DNA of 52,793 nucleotides from a virus: UHGV virus genome UHGV-0114819. One strand, given 5' to 3'. The notes under the pieces were generated by a model, which was given only the letters and a program-made list of their open reading frames with translations, did no database searches and was not told the DNA's origin. This document shows positions 45,169 through 52,793 of this stretch, piece after piece (the first letter of the stretch is position 1; each line of letters begins with the position of its first letter). The translations under genes were made by a program, and so were the position numbers.

Positions 45169-45480
45169 CTATTCTCCTTTTTCACTCAGTTCTTTTATCT
45201 TTTCGTCATATTCTTTAGCTGGAACGGTTATGGCGCACAACCTAACATTGTTTCTATCCACGCCGTGATTTTTGAAATGGCAATCTCTTTTTAGGTTTAC
45301 ATACTTATCGCCGACACAATATGCAAAATCTATCCGGCAGAACGGGTTCTCTCCTATTATGTAACTCTCTATAATAACTCCGTTCCCATAATCTCTTAGG
45401 TATTCATAATATGCCCATAGAGGTTTATTTTTATCTCTTTCAGATACGATCTCGCCAGTGCTTCTGTCTACCCAGTACAT
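45169..45480 (-). CDS. hypothetical protein
   Basis: 103-aa in-operon ORF. Confidence 0.55.
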   Translation of the reverse strand: MYWVDRSTGEIVSERDKNKPLWAYYEYLRDYGNGVIIESYIIGENPFCRIDFAYCVGDKYVNLKRDCHFKNHGVDRNNVRLCAITVPAKEYDEKIKELSEKGE

Positions 45481-45489
45481 TTATTTCAC

Positions 45490-45924
45490 CTACTTCCCGA
45501 AATATAACCACCATTTCAACACTTTTAAGTCTATCTTCCGTTCTTTCATTTTCCTTATTTCTTTATTATTGGATTCATACACATCAATTTGCTTCTTTAC
45601 CAGCTCGTCTGATTTTAGATCCGGATACAAAGATACAAGCGTAATTGAACTTTCATTTTTTAATTTTCCGTATGTATCCGTCTCGAATTTCATATACTGC
45701 GATACAAGCATGTCCATTTGGGCTTCTATTTTTGTATTTTCTTTTTTGTACATTGCTATCTTTTCATCTATAACCGCCCCATCTTTTACACCTGCACACA
45801 AAACAATAGCTACAATCAAGCACACAAATGCTCCAACCAGCGGAATGCATGCTAAATCTTCTCCATCTGCTAATATAGCCAAAATCGTAAAGCCTAAAAA
45901 AACGAAAAATAATAAAATAATCAT
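45490..45924 (-). CDS. two-TM membrane protein
   Basis: two hydrophobic helices; LYPDLKSDELVKKQI...KWWLYFG. Confidence 0.7.
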   Translation of the reverse strand: MIILLFFVFLGFTILAILADGEDLACIPLVGAFVCLIVAIVLCAGVKDGAVIDEKIAMYKKENTKIEAQMDMLVSQYMKFETDTYGKLKNESSITLVSLYPDLKSDELVKKQIDVYESNNKEIRKMKERKIDLKVLKWWLYFGK

Positions 45925-46244
45925 ACGTCCACCTCTTCGTCTGCCGGAAATTGAAATGTAAATTTATCACAAAAGCTATCCTTGTAATCTTGTGCGACAT
46001 GGTCTTTCAGCATTTCGATTTGCGGTTCCATTCCACATAACACGCTTCGGTTGAATTCGCCATCCGCATATTTTTTTCTGCACATCTCCATAGCCTTTTC
46101 AGCTTTCGCTTCTTTGCGATATCGCGCGATTGTAATTGATTCCTGTAATCCCGTTGTCACACCAAATATAGATGTTCCAAGTCTTTGAAGTATTATTGAT
46201 TCATAAGGGATATCGTAGCATCCATCTTGACTAATTATTCTCAT
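45921..46244 (-). CDS. hypothetical phage protein (MRIISQDG type)
   Basis: ATG at 46244 coupled to upstream stop; FQFPADEEV end. Confidence 0.65.
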   Translation of the reverse strand: MRIISQDGCYDIPYESIILQRLGTSIFGVTTGLQESITIARYRKEAKAEKAMEMCRKKYADGEFNRSVLCGMEPQIEMLKDHVAQDYKDSFCDKFTFQFPADEEVDV

Positions 46245-46795
46245 TATCTTCCACTCCTTAACATACAGAATAGTAATTCTGTCATAGATCTTTTCCTTAG
46301 TCCCATTCTGCAAGGCTTTACTACCTTTAATTCCCATCCCATCATATTTGTATCATCTATCGGCGTTGGATTTTGGAATTCATCTTCTGGCTCTTTCATG
46401 TGCGGGACAGCTACCATAACTCCCCAATATTTAGATGATTCCGGGTTGCATTGGTGTAAGTGTTCATCAAACTTACCGTTTTGCAAATCTGGTATCAAGT
46501 CTTTGTAGCACTCCATCGTAGTTACTATATAGTTCTTTTCTCCATAGAAATTCAGTCCATTACCGCTATAAACATCTTCCTTGCAACTTTTAATTTCGTA
46601 ACAAGTAAATATTCCTTTTTCCACCCCGGATATGGACATTTGGTCTACGGGCGAAAACTGCATATAATCCACACGTTTCGCCTTGGATGTCCACGGGTCA
46701 ATACTCACTTCTTTTGCATAATGTTTTCCAAAAACGTTTAGTTTGGTGCATTCAAGGGTATGCGACAGGAAAAGTGTAATTTCTTTTCTATTCAT
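46244..46795 (-). CDS. PD-(D/E)XK nuclease-like protein
   Basis: KEV...RVDYM...CYEIKS..ED..SG. Confidence 0.6.
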   Translation of the reverse strand: MNRKEITLFLSHTLECTKLNVFGKHYAKEVSIDPWTSKAKRVDYMQFSPVDQMSISGVEKGIFTCYEIKSCKEDVYSGNGLNFYGEKNYIVTTMECYKDLIPDLQNGKFDEHLHQCNPESSKYWGVMVAVPHMKEPEDEFQNPTPIDDTNMMGWELKVVKPCRMGLRKRSMTELLFCMLRSGR

Positions 46796-46985
46796 TTTTA
46801 TCCTCCTTTACATAATCCGGGCATTCTTCCATGTATTCATATTGGTCTAAATCATCACACAGAATAGTGCATTCTTTGTACTTCTCGCATTCCAGACAAC
46901 AACAGGTGTTCTCCTTATCTACTACACACTCAATTCTGCATCCCATGTACCGCATCATCCCAATCAATATAGTTTCCGCATTCAC
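46788..46985 (-). CDS. small Cys-rich protein (true start probably internal)
   Basis: CCCLECEKYKECTILC. Confidence 0.5.
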   Translation of the reverse strand: MNAETILIGMMRYMGCRIECVVDKENTCCCLECEKYKECTILCDDLDQYEYMEECPDYVKEDKNE

Positions 46986-47232
46986 TACAGTATTTCGGTT
47001 TGTTATCTTTCGGCACTATGTATTCCTTTCCACAGCGCGAGCATTTATAAGCAATATCTTCCGTAGAATCGTCCAAGATAATCGGTCGTGTCGGAAGTTT
47101 TCCGTATTCTTTTAGTGCTTTTCGAAATCCGTCCCAATATGATTCTTCCTTTGTTACTTTTATCTCTCTTTCTTCCACTGCTATATAGACGCATAACATA
47201 ATAATTACGCAAATAGTAAATACTGTTTTCAC
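46930..47232 (-). CDS. TM + Zn-ribbon protein
   Basis: N-terminal TM; CSRCG...YCSECG..IDW. Confidence 0.65.
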   Translation of the reverse strand: MKTVFTICVIIMLCVYIAVEEREIKVTKEESYWDGFRKALKEYGKLPTRPIILDDSTEDIAYKCSRCGKEYIVPKDNKPKYCSECGNYIDWDDAVHGMQN

Positions 47233-47246
47233 AATTTACTCCTTTC

Positions 47247-47675
47247 TTAATACCATTCAATCCCAGTTCCTGTATCCACACCATCTTTTATCAACTGTTT
47301 AACATTTTTGAATAGTACAGCTTCTATACCGCTACGATATCCATAGATAATATCATCATCATATTCTTTTATAATTTCGTATACAGATTTGCAGTGTTCT
47401 GCATCAGCTTCTCCGTGACTGTCGCTCGTGTATAAGAATTCAAGGACCTGTGTATATTTTCCATCGTACTTTTCATCAAGTTCCACGATTTTCTTGTCAT
47501 ACTCTGCGGAAAAGTTCTCGCCTTTGCTAACCAGTACATATCTCCAATCATTAAGTTTTTTATAATGTTCATAGATATCTGGTGCAGTTAACTCCGCTAC
47601 TTTTACACGAAGTCGGTAGAATCCAGAATAGCTCAAGTCAATGCTGTGATTTTTGCTGTTTATTGTTAATCCCAT
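47247..47675 (-). CDS. hypothetical protein
   Basis: GGAGGAG RBS; 142 aa. Confidence 0.65.
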   Translation of the reverse strand: MGLTINSKNHSIDLSYSGFYRLRVKVAELTAPDIYEHYKKLNDWRYVLVSKGENFSAEYDKKIVELDEKYDGKYTQVLEFLYTSDSHGEADAEHCKSVYEIIKEYDDDIIYGYRSGIEAVLFKNVKQLIKDGVDTGTGIEWY

Positions 47676-47687
47676 AACACTCCTCCA

Positions 47688-48272
47688 TCAATCGTGTATA
47701 TCCAGTACAGTAAGGAATCCGTCCATATTGTCAGCTACCGCTTTCTTATATTTCTCTTCGAACTTATCATCTTCGACAAATCCATTACCAGTCCACGATT
47801 CTCTGGCAATCGCTGATCCGTCTGGTAAAACGCATCCAAAGCATCCGAGCTCGTCCAGATTCAAGATGTCTTTCTGTCTTGCTCCGTCAACAAGAATGTA
47901 TCCATCACGGTATCCCATATTTGAAAAATATGATTCTTCTGTATATGCAAATGGCACTTTTGCATTTCTTTTTAATTCGCTTAACAGTGCAGAATGGAAC
48001 AGTCTTTCGTTTCTTGGATTGTTTTCCAGATATCCCCAGTTATAATGCTCTCTGTTTTCTGAATATTCTCCATCTACTTTCAGTTTGAGATAAGCACTGT
48101 ATCTTCCACCAATCTGATACCAATCCCACGTAAACACCGGATATTCTATTTTTTTCTTCTCATCGTCCGTATCTTCATCGTCTATCGAATCCCAACTATA
48201 TGGTTCCATAATCTTTTCAATTTCCTTTTCTGTAGGTAATTGTTTAGTTAATAAATGTATACAGTAATGCAT
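47688..48272 (-). CDS. hypothetical phage protein
   Basis: MHYCIHL...WDWYQIGGRY...VLDIHD. Confidence 0.65.
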   Translation of the reverse strand: MHYCIHLLTKQLPTEKEIEKIMEPYSWDSIDDEDTDDEKKKIEYPVFTWDWYQIGGRYSAYLKLKVDGEYSENREHYNWGYLENNPRNERLFHSALLSELKRNAKVPFAYTEESYFSNMGYRDGYILVDGARQKDILNLDELGCFGCVLPDGSAIARESWTGNGFVEDDKFEEKYKKAVADNMDGFLTVLDIHD

Positions 48273-48297
48273 AATTTTCTTCCTTTCTCCCATCCAT

Positions 48298-48918
48298 CTA
48301 CTCCGCTTTATCTTCAAGTGCCATCTCACTGAACCTCTTCAAAACATCAGGGATATTCATTCTCTCAATCGTATCTTTCGCAAGGTTCTCTTTCAGTTTC
48401 TGCTCAAACGAATTTATCAGAGATTCCTCTACTTCCCTCTTAGCACTTGCAATCAGGGTTTCGACCTTCTTTCCAAGTTCCTTTTCCAGATACTGTCCCG
48501 TAAGAAGATCGGCAGCTGATAATTTTCTATCACTGGAATAGCTTGCAATGCATCCATCTCTATCGTATCTCTTTTCTGTAAGGAACAATTCAAACCTTTC
48601 TCCTACATACTCGGACAGAGGTTTATACGTTACCTCTTCACTCCAAGTGTTCTTCTTTTCCGGAATAATAATCTTTCCAATCTTCTCCTCACACACATTC
48701 GCAACGAACTGGTCTACGGTTGCCTGTATCGTTCCTTCTGCTTCAAGAATCTTTTCTGCGATTTTATCATCAACTGCTTCCACAGCTTCTGTTGTTGCTT
48801 TTTTTAGAAGTGCATCCTTAATACCACTTACAACCTGTTCTTTGATTTCTTCATCAATTGTGTATCCGCTTTCCTCGTCTACCCAGTCCAGTTCCACTTC
48901 AATATTAAATTTAGCCAT
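48298..48918 (-). CDS. hypothetical phage protein
   Basis: MAKFNIEVELDW...; GAAAGGA RBS. Confidence 0.7.
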   Translation of the reverse strand: MAKFNIEVELDWVDEESGYTIDEEIKEQVVSGIKDALLKKATTEAVEAVDDKIAEKILEAEGTIQATVDQFVANVCEEKIGKIIIPEKKNTWSEEVTYKPLSEYVGERFELFLTEKRYDRDGCIASYSSDRKLSAADLLTGQYLEKELGKKVETLIASAKREVEESLINSFEQKLKENLAKDTIERMNIPDVLKRFSEMALEDKAE

Positions 48919-48950
48919 TATAATTCGTTCCTTTCTCCTTAAAAATGCGT

Positions 48951-48986
48951 AAAAAAATACCAACCACCGAATACTGATGGTTGGTA
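48951..48986 (-). terminator. intrinsic terminator of the Zn-ribbon moron
   Basis: TACCAACCATC-AGTATTC-GGTGGTTGGTA-T7. Confidence 0.85.
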
Positions 48987-48993
48987 GATGAAA

Positions 48994-49215
48994 TTATGCT
49001 TCTTTATACCGTTTCAAATCTGATTCGCTTAGTTTTTCAAAAACAAATCCGCAATCAAGACATATATGCCTTTGCGTTTCAACCGACATTGTATATGCAG
49101 ATTCTGTACAGGTTACATTCCCTTGCTTACTTGTTTTTTCTGGAATTTGTTTTGCTAAGATTGTACTTCCACTAATTCTTTCGGTATTTTCGCTTTTACA
49201 AAATGGACATTTCAT
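48994..49215 (-). CDS. Zn-ribbon moron protein (73 aa)
   Basis: MKCPFC...ICLDCGFV; own promoter and GGGAGG RBS. Confidence 0.7.
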   Translation of the reverse strand: MKCPFCKSENTERISGSTILAKQIPEKTSKQGNVTCTESAYTMSVETQRHICLDCGFVFEKLSESDLKRYKEA

Positions 49216-49246
49216 TGGCATTTCCTCCCGTATATTTGATACGGAA

Positions 49247-49275
49247 ATTATACCATTCCAACCATCAATATTCAA
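49247..49275 (-). promoter_or_regulatory. sigma70 promoter of moron
   Basis: TTGAAT-17-TATAAT with TG extension. Confidence 0.75.
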
Positions 49276-49308
49276 TTGTCAAGGTACGATAGCTGCTATT
49301 TTTAGCTG

Positions 49309-49716
49309 CTACTCTATTTTCTCTTTGTACTTCTGCAAAATCTCTGTAATTGCTTTCATGTGATATGCCATGTTTGGGATATCTTCATCTTTAATTCTGC
49401 TCAATCCGTTTTTCTTGAACCCATATAGTTCATATACTCCATCTCTTATCTCGCAAAATCCATCCGCTAAATCATCTTCTCTTTTAGCATCATAGTCATA
49501 TACATAGAAACTCTCGTTTTTGCCATGTGTGCCAAATTGATCTGTTTCAATTTTCGTCCTCTTTGGAGTAATTCTTGTAATCACTGCCGGAATAATGCGA
49601 CAATGTCTAAATATTGATCCATACCCCGTTTCAATCTTTCTTGCAACTCCTACCACATCCCCGACTTTCAATGTGTCTTTGTCTATCTCTTTTAATTCAA
49701 TGTACAATTTTATCAC
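49309..49716 (-). CDS. hypothetical protein
   Basis: LKVGDVVG...ITRITPKRTK. Confidence 0.6.
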   Translation of the reverse strand: MIKLYIELKEIDKDTLKVGDVVGVARKIETGYGSIFRHCRIIPAVITRITPKRTKIETDQFGTHGKNESFYVYDYDAKREDDLADGFCEIRDGVYELYGFKKNGLSRIKDEDIPNMAYHMKAITEILQKYKEKIE

Positions 49717-50349
49717 CTATCCTACTGCATCAACGTGATCAGCTTCTGCATAATCCCAATCATATTTAAGAATATTTATGCAGTACATATTCTTGAACTT
49801 CGGATCATATTCAATTAATTTTGGATCATTGCGTCGAAATTCATCTTGCTCCATAAATTGTTTGATTGCTTTCTTTTTGTGCTTTTCCAACATAAGATGT
49901 TCGTATGTCATAAATTCTTTTACATATAGCATTCCGTTATCAAGCTCACTGTAAAAAGCTACGATCTCACGTTCCAGAAGTTCATTGTAAAACGAATATG
50001 CTACTGTTTTTATCGGATGTATATCTTCTGACCGTATCACGTTATGTGATTGTAAATATTTTTCAGCAAGTTCTTCTGCTTTTTTTCTTTCTAAAAACAC
50101 TTTTACGCCTACGTCACTGTCAAACACAACACCATAATGACCATCTATTTTTGTGCGATTCCCGTAAGTCTCTAAATGTTCTACGTACCATTTTTCATGC
50201 AATACTACATGTTCTTTCACTTCTCCTTTGTATATCTCGTAAACAACTTGTCCAGGATTCAGCATTCGCTCTATGCGCTCCGATTCATTTTCTTTTAAAT
50301 AATCCTCTATAGACATTTGCCCGTTGCATTCATAATTACTTAGGTTCAT
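49717..50349 (-). CDS. hypothetical protein
   Basis: YECNGQMSIEDY start; 210 aa. Confidence 0.65.
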   Translation of the reverse strand: MNLSNYECNGQMSIEDYLKENESERIERMLNPGQVVYEIYKGEVKEHVVLHEKWYVEHLETYGNRTKIDGHYGVVFDSDVGVKVFLERKKAEELAEKYLQSHNVIRSEDIHPIKTVAYSFYNELLEREIVAFYSELDNGMLYVKEFMTYEHLMLEKHKKKAIKQFMEQDEFRRNDPKLIEYDPKFKNMYCINILKYDWDYAEADHVDAVG

Positions 50350-50415
50350 CTTCTCGAAAGGAGCCGATATATCTTTGCCCGGCCGGAGCTCCGTCTCCTT
50401 TCTGTTTAATATTGC

Positions 50416-50571
50416 TTAGTAGTAAAGCGTATCGACCAACTCTGCTACAAGATCTACGCACTGTTCACTTATGCTATCTCGCTGCGTCACATCTTCCGCA
50501 CAATTAATATCGTTTGCATCGATAAATTCATGCAGTTTGCAAAGTACCTGTTCTTCTCTTACTGTCATCAT
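50416..50571 (-). CDS. small hypothetical protein (51 aa)
   Basis: MMTVREEQVLCKLHEFIDAND...; below track cutoff. Confidence 0.5.
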   Translation of the reverse strand: MMTVREEQVLCKLHEFIDANDINCAEDVTQRDSISEQCVDLVAELVDTLYY

Positions 50572-50780
50572 CACTTCACCTCATTCGCAATCTGGAATCC
50601 CATCCTTGCCACATTCCTTAGATTCTCTCTAATTAGTGTTTTGTTCGTTATATGGTGCTTATTCAGCCAGTCATAGTCCTCGGCACATTCATGTTCATAA
50701 CGTTCAGCTTCGTATTCATACTCTGCTTTTGCTACCTGTAAGCACCGAATCATGTAATCTATCTTTTCTCCTGTGTTCAT
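50571..50780 (-). CDS. hypothetical protein
   Basis: AAGGAG RBS; 69 aa. Confidence 0.6.
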   Translation of the reverse strand: MNTGEKIDYMIRCLQVAKAEYEYEAERYEHECAEDYDWLNKHHITNKTLIRENLRNVARMGFQIANEVK

Positions 50781-50784
50781 GGCT

Positions 50785-51354
50785 CTACTCCTTTACTACG
50801 CATCTACGTTCGGTAATTGCGTAATATTTGCCATCGTGTTCTACACAGTATTTTTTAAGAGTTTCTTCTTTCATGGTTGCAGTAATAACTGCTTCATTAG
50901 TCTTTTCTTCGTATACAACATTTCTTTTTTCGTCCATTACGACAATATATATTACATTTTCCGTCTCAATCGGCTTTTTCTCATGGTCTGCTTTCCACTG
51001 TTTGAGACTTTCAATAACCTCTTCTGGATGATTGATTGCAAATTCTTCACAGCCACACTCTCCACTTTTTTTATAGACTGGACAAGCATAGCAATTGTTG
51101 TCTTTGCACATTTTTGCATACAGCCTAACAGCTTCTTCCGCACTCATTTCTTCTACAGGTTCAAGCATTTCATTTGTCCAGATTCTCGAAGAATTATCAA
51201 CAGCTAACCTGTAGTGTTCTCTTTCAACTTTTGTTACTATCGTTTCTTCTCCAATATGTCTCCCAGCACCATCATGCAGATATAAACCACCATATGTTTT
51301 TCCAACAATCAAATTTTCTTTGATTTTCACCTTATCTCCAACCTTATATTTCAT
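50785..51354 (-). CDS. hypothetical phage protein (KOW/SH3-like N-terminus, Cys cluster)
   Basis: MKYKVGDKVKI...WTNEMLEP...C...C..CP. Confidence 0.65.
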   Translation of the reverse strand: MKYKVGDKVKIKENLIVGKTYGGLYLHDGAGRHIGEETIVTKVEREHYRLAVDNSSRIWTNEMLEPVEEMSAEEAVRLYAKMCKDNNCYACPVYKKSGECGCEEFAINHPEEVIESLKQWKADHEKKPIETENVIYIVVMDEKRNVVYEEKTNEAVITATMKEETLKKYCVEHDGKYYAITERRCVVKE

Positions 51355-51363
51355 CTCTCACAC

Positions 51364-52491
51364 CTACGCTTTCGTTGAAATTCCGTTAACTTCTACACAA
51401 TCTACTGGCAGTACCATGCATTTTCTTCCGTCAACTTCTTTGATTTCAAGATTGCTGATAAAATCTGCATCAATAGTTATCTTTCCCTCTGGAACCTGGA
51501 TATTAACCACCTTGTTGTCGCAAATGTTACTTGCCATAACAGGCACATTCCCGATATTCTCCCGGTAAGCACCCTCAAACATTTCCATCTTTTCATCTTG
51601 TACACCGCTGTTACAGAATATCTTTTTCAGTTCGTTCCTATCAATTTTGTACGGCTCCGGGTCTTCTGCATGGCGTTCCATCTCTTCGGATATGCCCTCA
51701 AAAATGTCTTTCACTGTCTTGCTGTCTGCATCTTCTCCAAGTACATTCTTTAACAACTTACCGAATTTATCTTTCTCTTCATCGGCAGATTCAACAAAAT
51801 TAATTCCAAGTACCTCACGAACCATTTCTTCTTGTACCTCGGCAGATTTCCGGGTGTAATAGAGTACGCTATGTACATCCGTCTGTCGGTCGTTAAATGC
51901 CGGGAATAGAAAGCCTTTGTCCGGCATATCTACTACCCAATCACGGATTCTCTCTTCCATCCGTTCATCTTTCCCGTTGTAAGTAAGACCGGCTTTTGAA
52001 AGTTTCACCGGGCAGATGCAACAAAGAATGAAATCGTATACTTTCTCAGATGCATCCTCCAATTCTTCTCCGTCCGATGTCTTTCCAGGTACGTCATATA
52101 CTGCATGGATAAGCACGATGTAGTAATTCTCAGCACAGTCATAAGACGTAAGAATCTTTTCATAGAATTCATCCAGCAATGCCGGGTCTCTCAGTTTGCT
52201 TTCTCTCAGATTCATTAACAGTTCATGTTCTTCGCCCTCCGGGTCACTGCTCCTACTTTCTTTCGGCTTGTATTCCAGGTTCAACAAGTTCTTTCCGATT
52301 TTCCCGGATAACGTCTTCTTGAAAATATCAAAATACTTAAATGCCTGTTCTTCCGGCAGTGAAAGAAACGCTTCTTCTCTTTCCATTCGTTTCTCTTTTT
52401 CTCCATCCACGTAGCATCCGGCTATACGAGTAATCGCACAATTCTCCGGTGTGAATTGTTTTCTGATTTCCAATACTTCTTTTTTATTCAT
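51364..52491 (-). CDS. DUF4317 family protein
   Basis: MNKKEVLEIRKQF...ITRIAGCYVDGEK...GFLFPAFNDRQTDVHSVLYY...VEVNGI. Confidence 0.8.
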   Translation of the reverse strand: MNKKEVLEIRKQFTPENCAITRIAGCYVDGEKEKRMEREEAFLSLPEEQAFKYFDIFKKTLSGKIGKNLLNLEYKPKESRSSDPEGEEHELLMNLRESKLRDPALLDEFYEKILTSYDCAENYYIVLIHAVYDVPGKTSDGEELEDASEKVYDFILCCICPVKLSKAGLTYNGKDERMEERIRDWVVDMPDKGFLFPAFNDRQTDVHSVLYYTRKSAEVQEEMVREVLGINFVESADEEKDKFGKLLKNVLGEDADSKTVKDIFEGISEEMERHAEDPEPYKIDRNELKKIFCNSGVQDEKMEMFEGAYRENIGNVPVMASNICDNKVVNIQVPEGKITIDADFISNLEIKEVDGRKCMVLPVDCVEVNGISTKA

Positions 52492-52793
52492 CTTCTACCT
52501 CCATGAGTTCACCATTCTTTAATGTGTACCATGTGTTTTCTTTTACTTTTTCTCCATCCACACGAACCATTAACGATCCTATAAAATCCCACGCTTCTTC
52601 TTCCCAGTACCGTGCATCATTATCAATCCGTTTCCATTCCGCAAGAACAAGTGTGGATCCTTTTACTCCTTTTGCCATTGCTTCTGGCCCCCAAGCGACC
52701 GCTACGCTATTTTGGTTTTCTGCTGCCGACTTTCCCTTGTATCCTGTTGCTGATGATGCTCCGCAGTTTCCTGTTGCTGATGATGCTCCGCAG
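52484..52793 (-). CDS. 3' part of the junction-spanning DUF7666-like repeat protein
   Basis: CGASSATGNCGASSATGYKGKSAAENQNSVAVAWGPEAMAKGVKGSTLVLAEW...VDGEKVKENTWYTLKNG. Confidence 0.8.
   Translation of the reverse strand, partial: CGASSATGNCGASSATGYKGKSAAENQNSVAVAWGPEAMAKGVKGSTLVLAEWKRIDNDARYWEEEAWDFIGSLMVRVDGEKVKENTWYTLKNGELMEVEDE
52734..52793. repeat. 27-bp tandem repeat, right contig end
   Basis: same unit as positions 1-54. Confidence 0.95.

Overview
The window looks like a complete, circularly permuted genome (about 52.8 kb) of a temperate siphophage. Its head and tail genes are A118/SPP1-like, and its gene content suggests a gut Clostridia (Lachnospiraceae-like) host, which is inference. 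One gene with a 27-bp tandem repeat reads in frame across the end/start junction, supporting circularity. Most genes lie on the minus strand: cro, early/recombination/replication genes, a large serine integrase, terminase, portal, head, tail and endolysin. A short plus-strand block carries cI, an XRE-S24 protein, a TM2 protein and a lipoprotein. The top finding is a stand-alone Cas7/RAMP-like gene (6010-6681) directly preceded by a 387-nt non-coding array built of DGM-NN pentamers in units mostly 5n+1 nt long. This is a candidate RNA-guided system resembling, from my recollection, the VIPR systems, with a non-GGY motif. Other notable items: an iteron origin apparently detached from its initiator gene; a Tad1 + Tad2-like anti-defence cluster; a tail-fibre shufflon whose invertase is a relic; a covarying two-hairpin RNA motif in front of four structural genes; a cluster of tRNA-like/anti-SD ncRNAs; a moron whose promoter sequence can antiterminate its own terminator; a LexA-box-controlled candidate antirepressor; and a G-tract-frameshifted gene. 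All calls come from reading the sequence and recalled family motifs; no searches were run.
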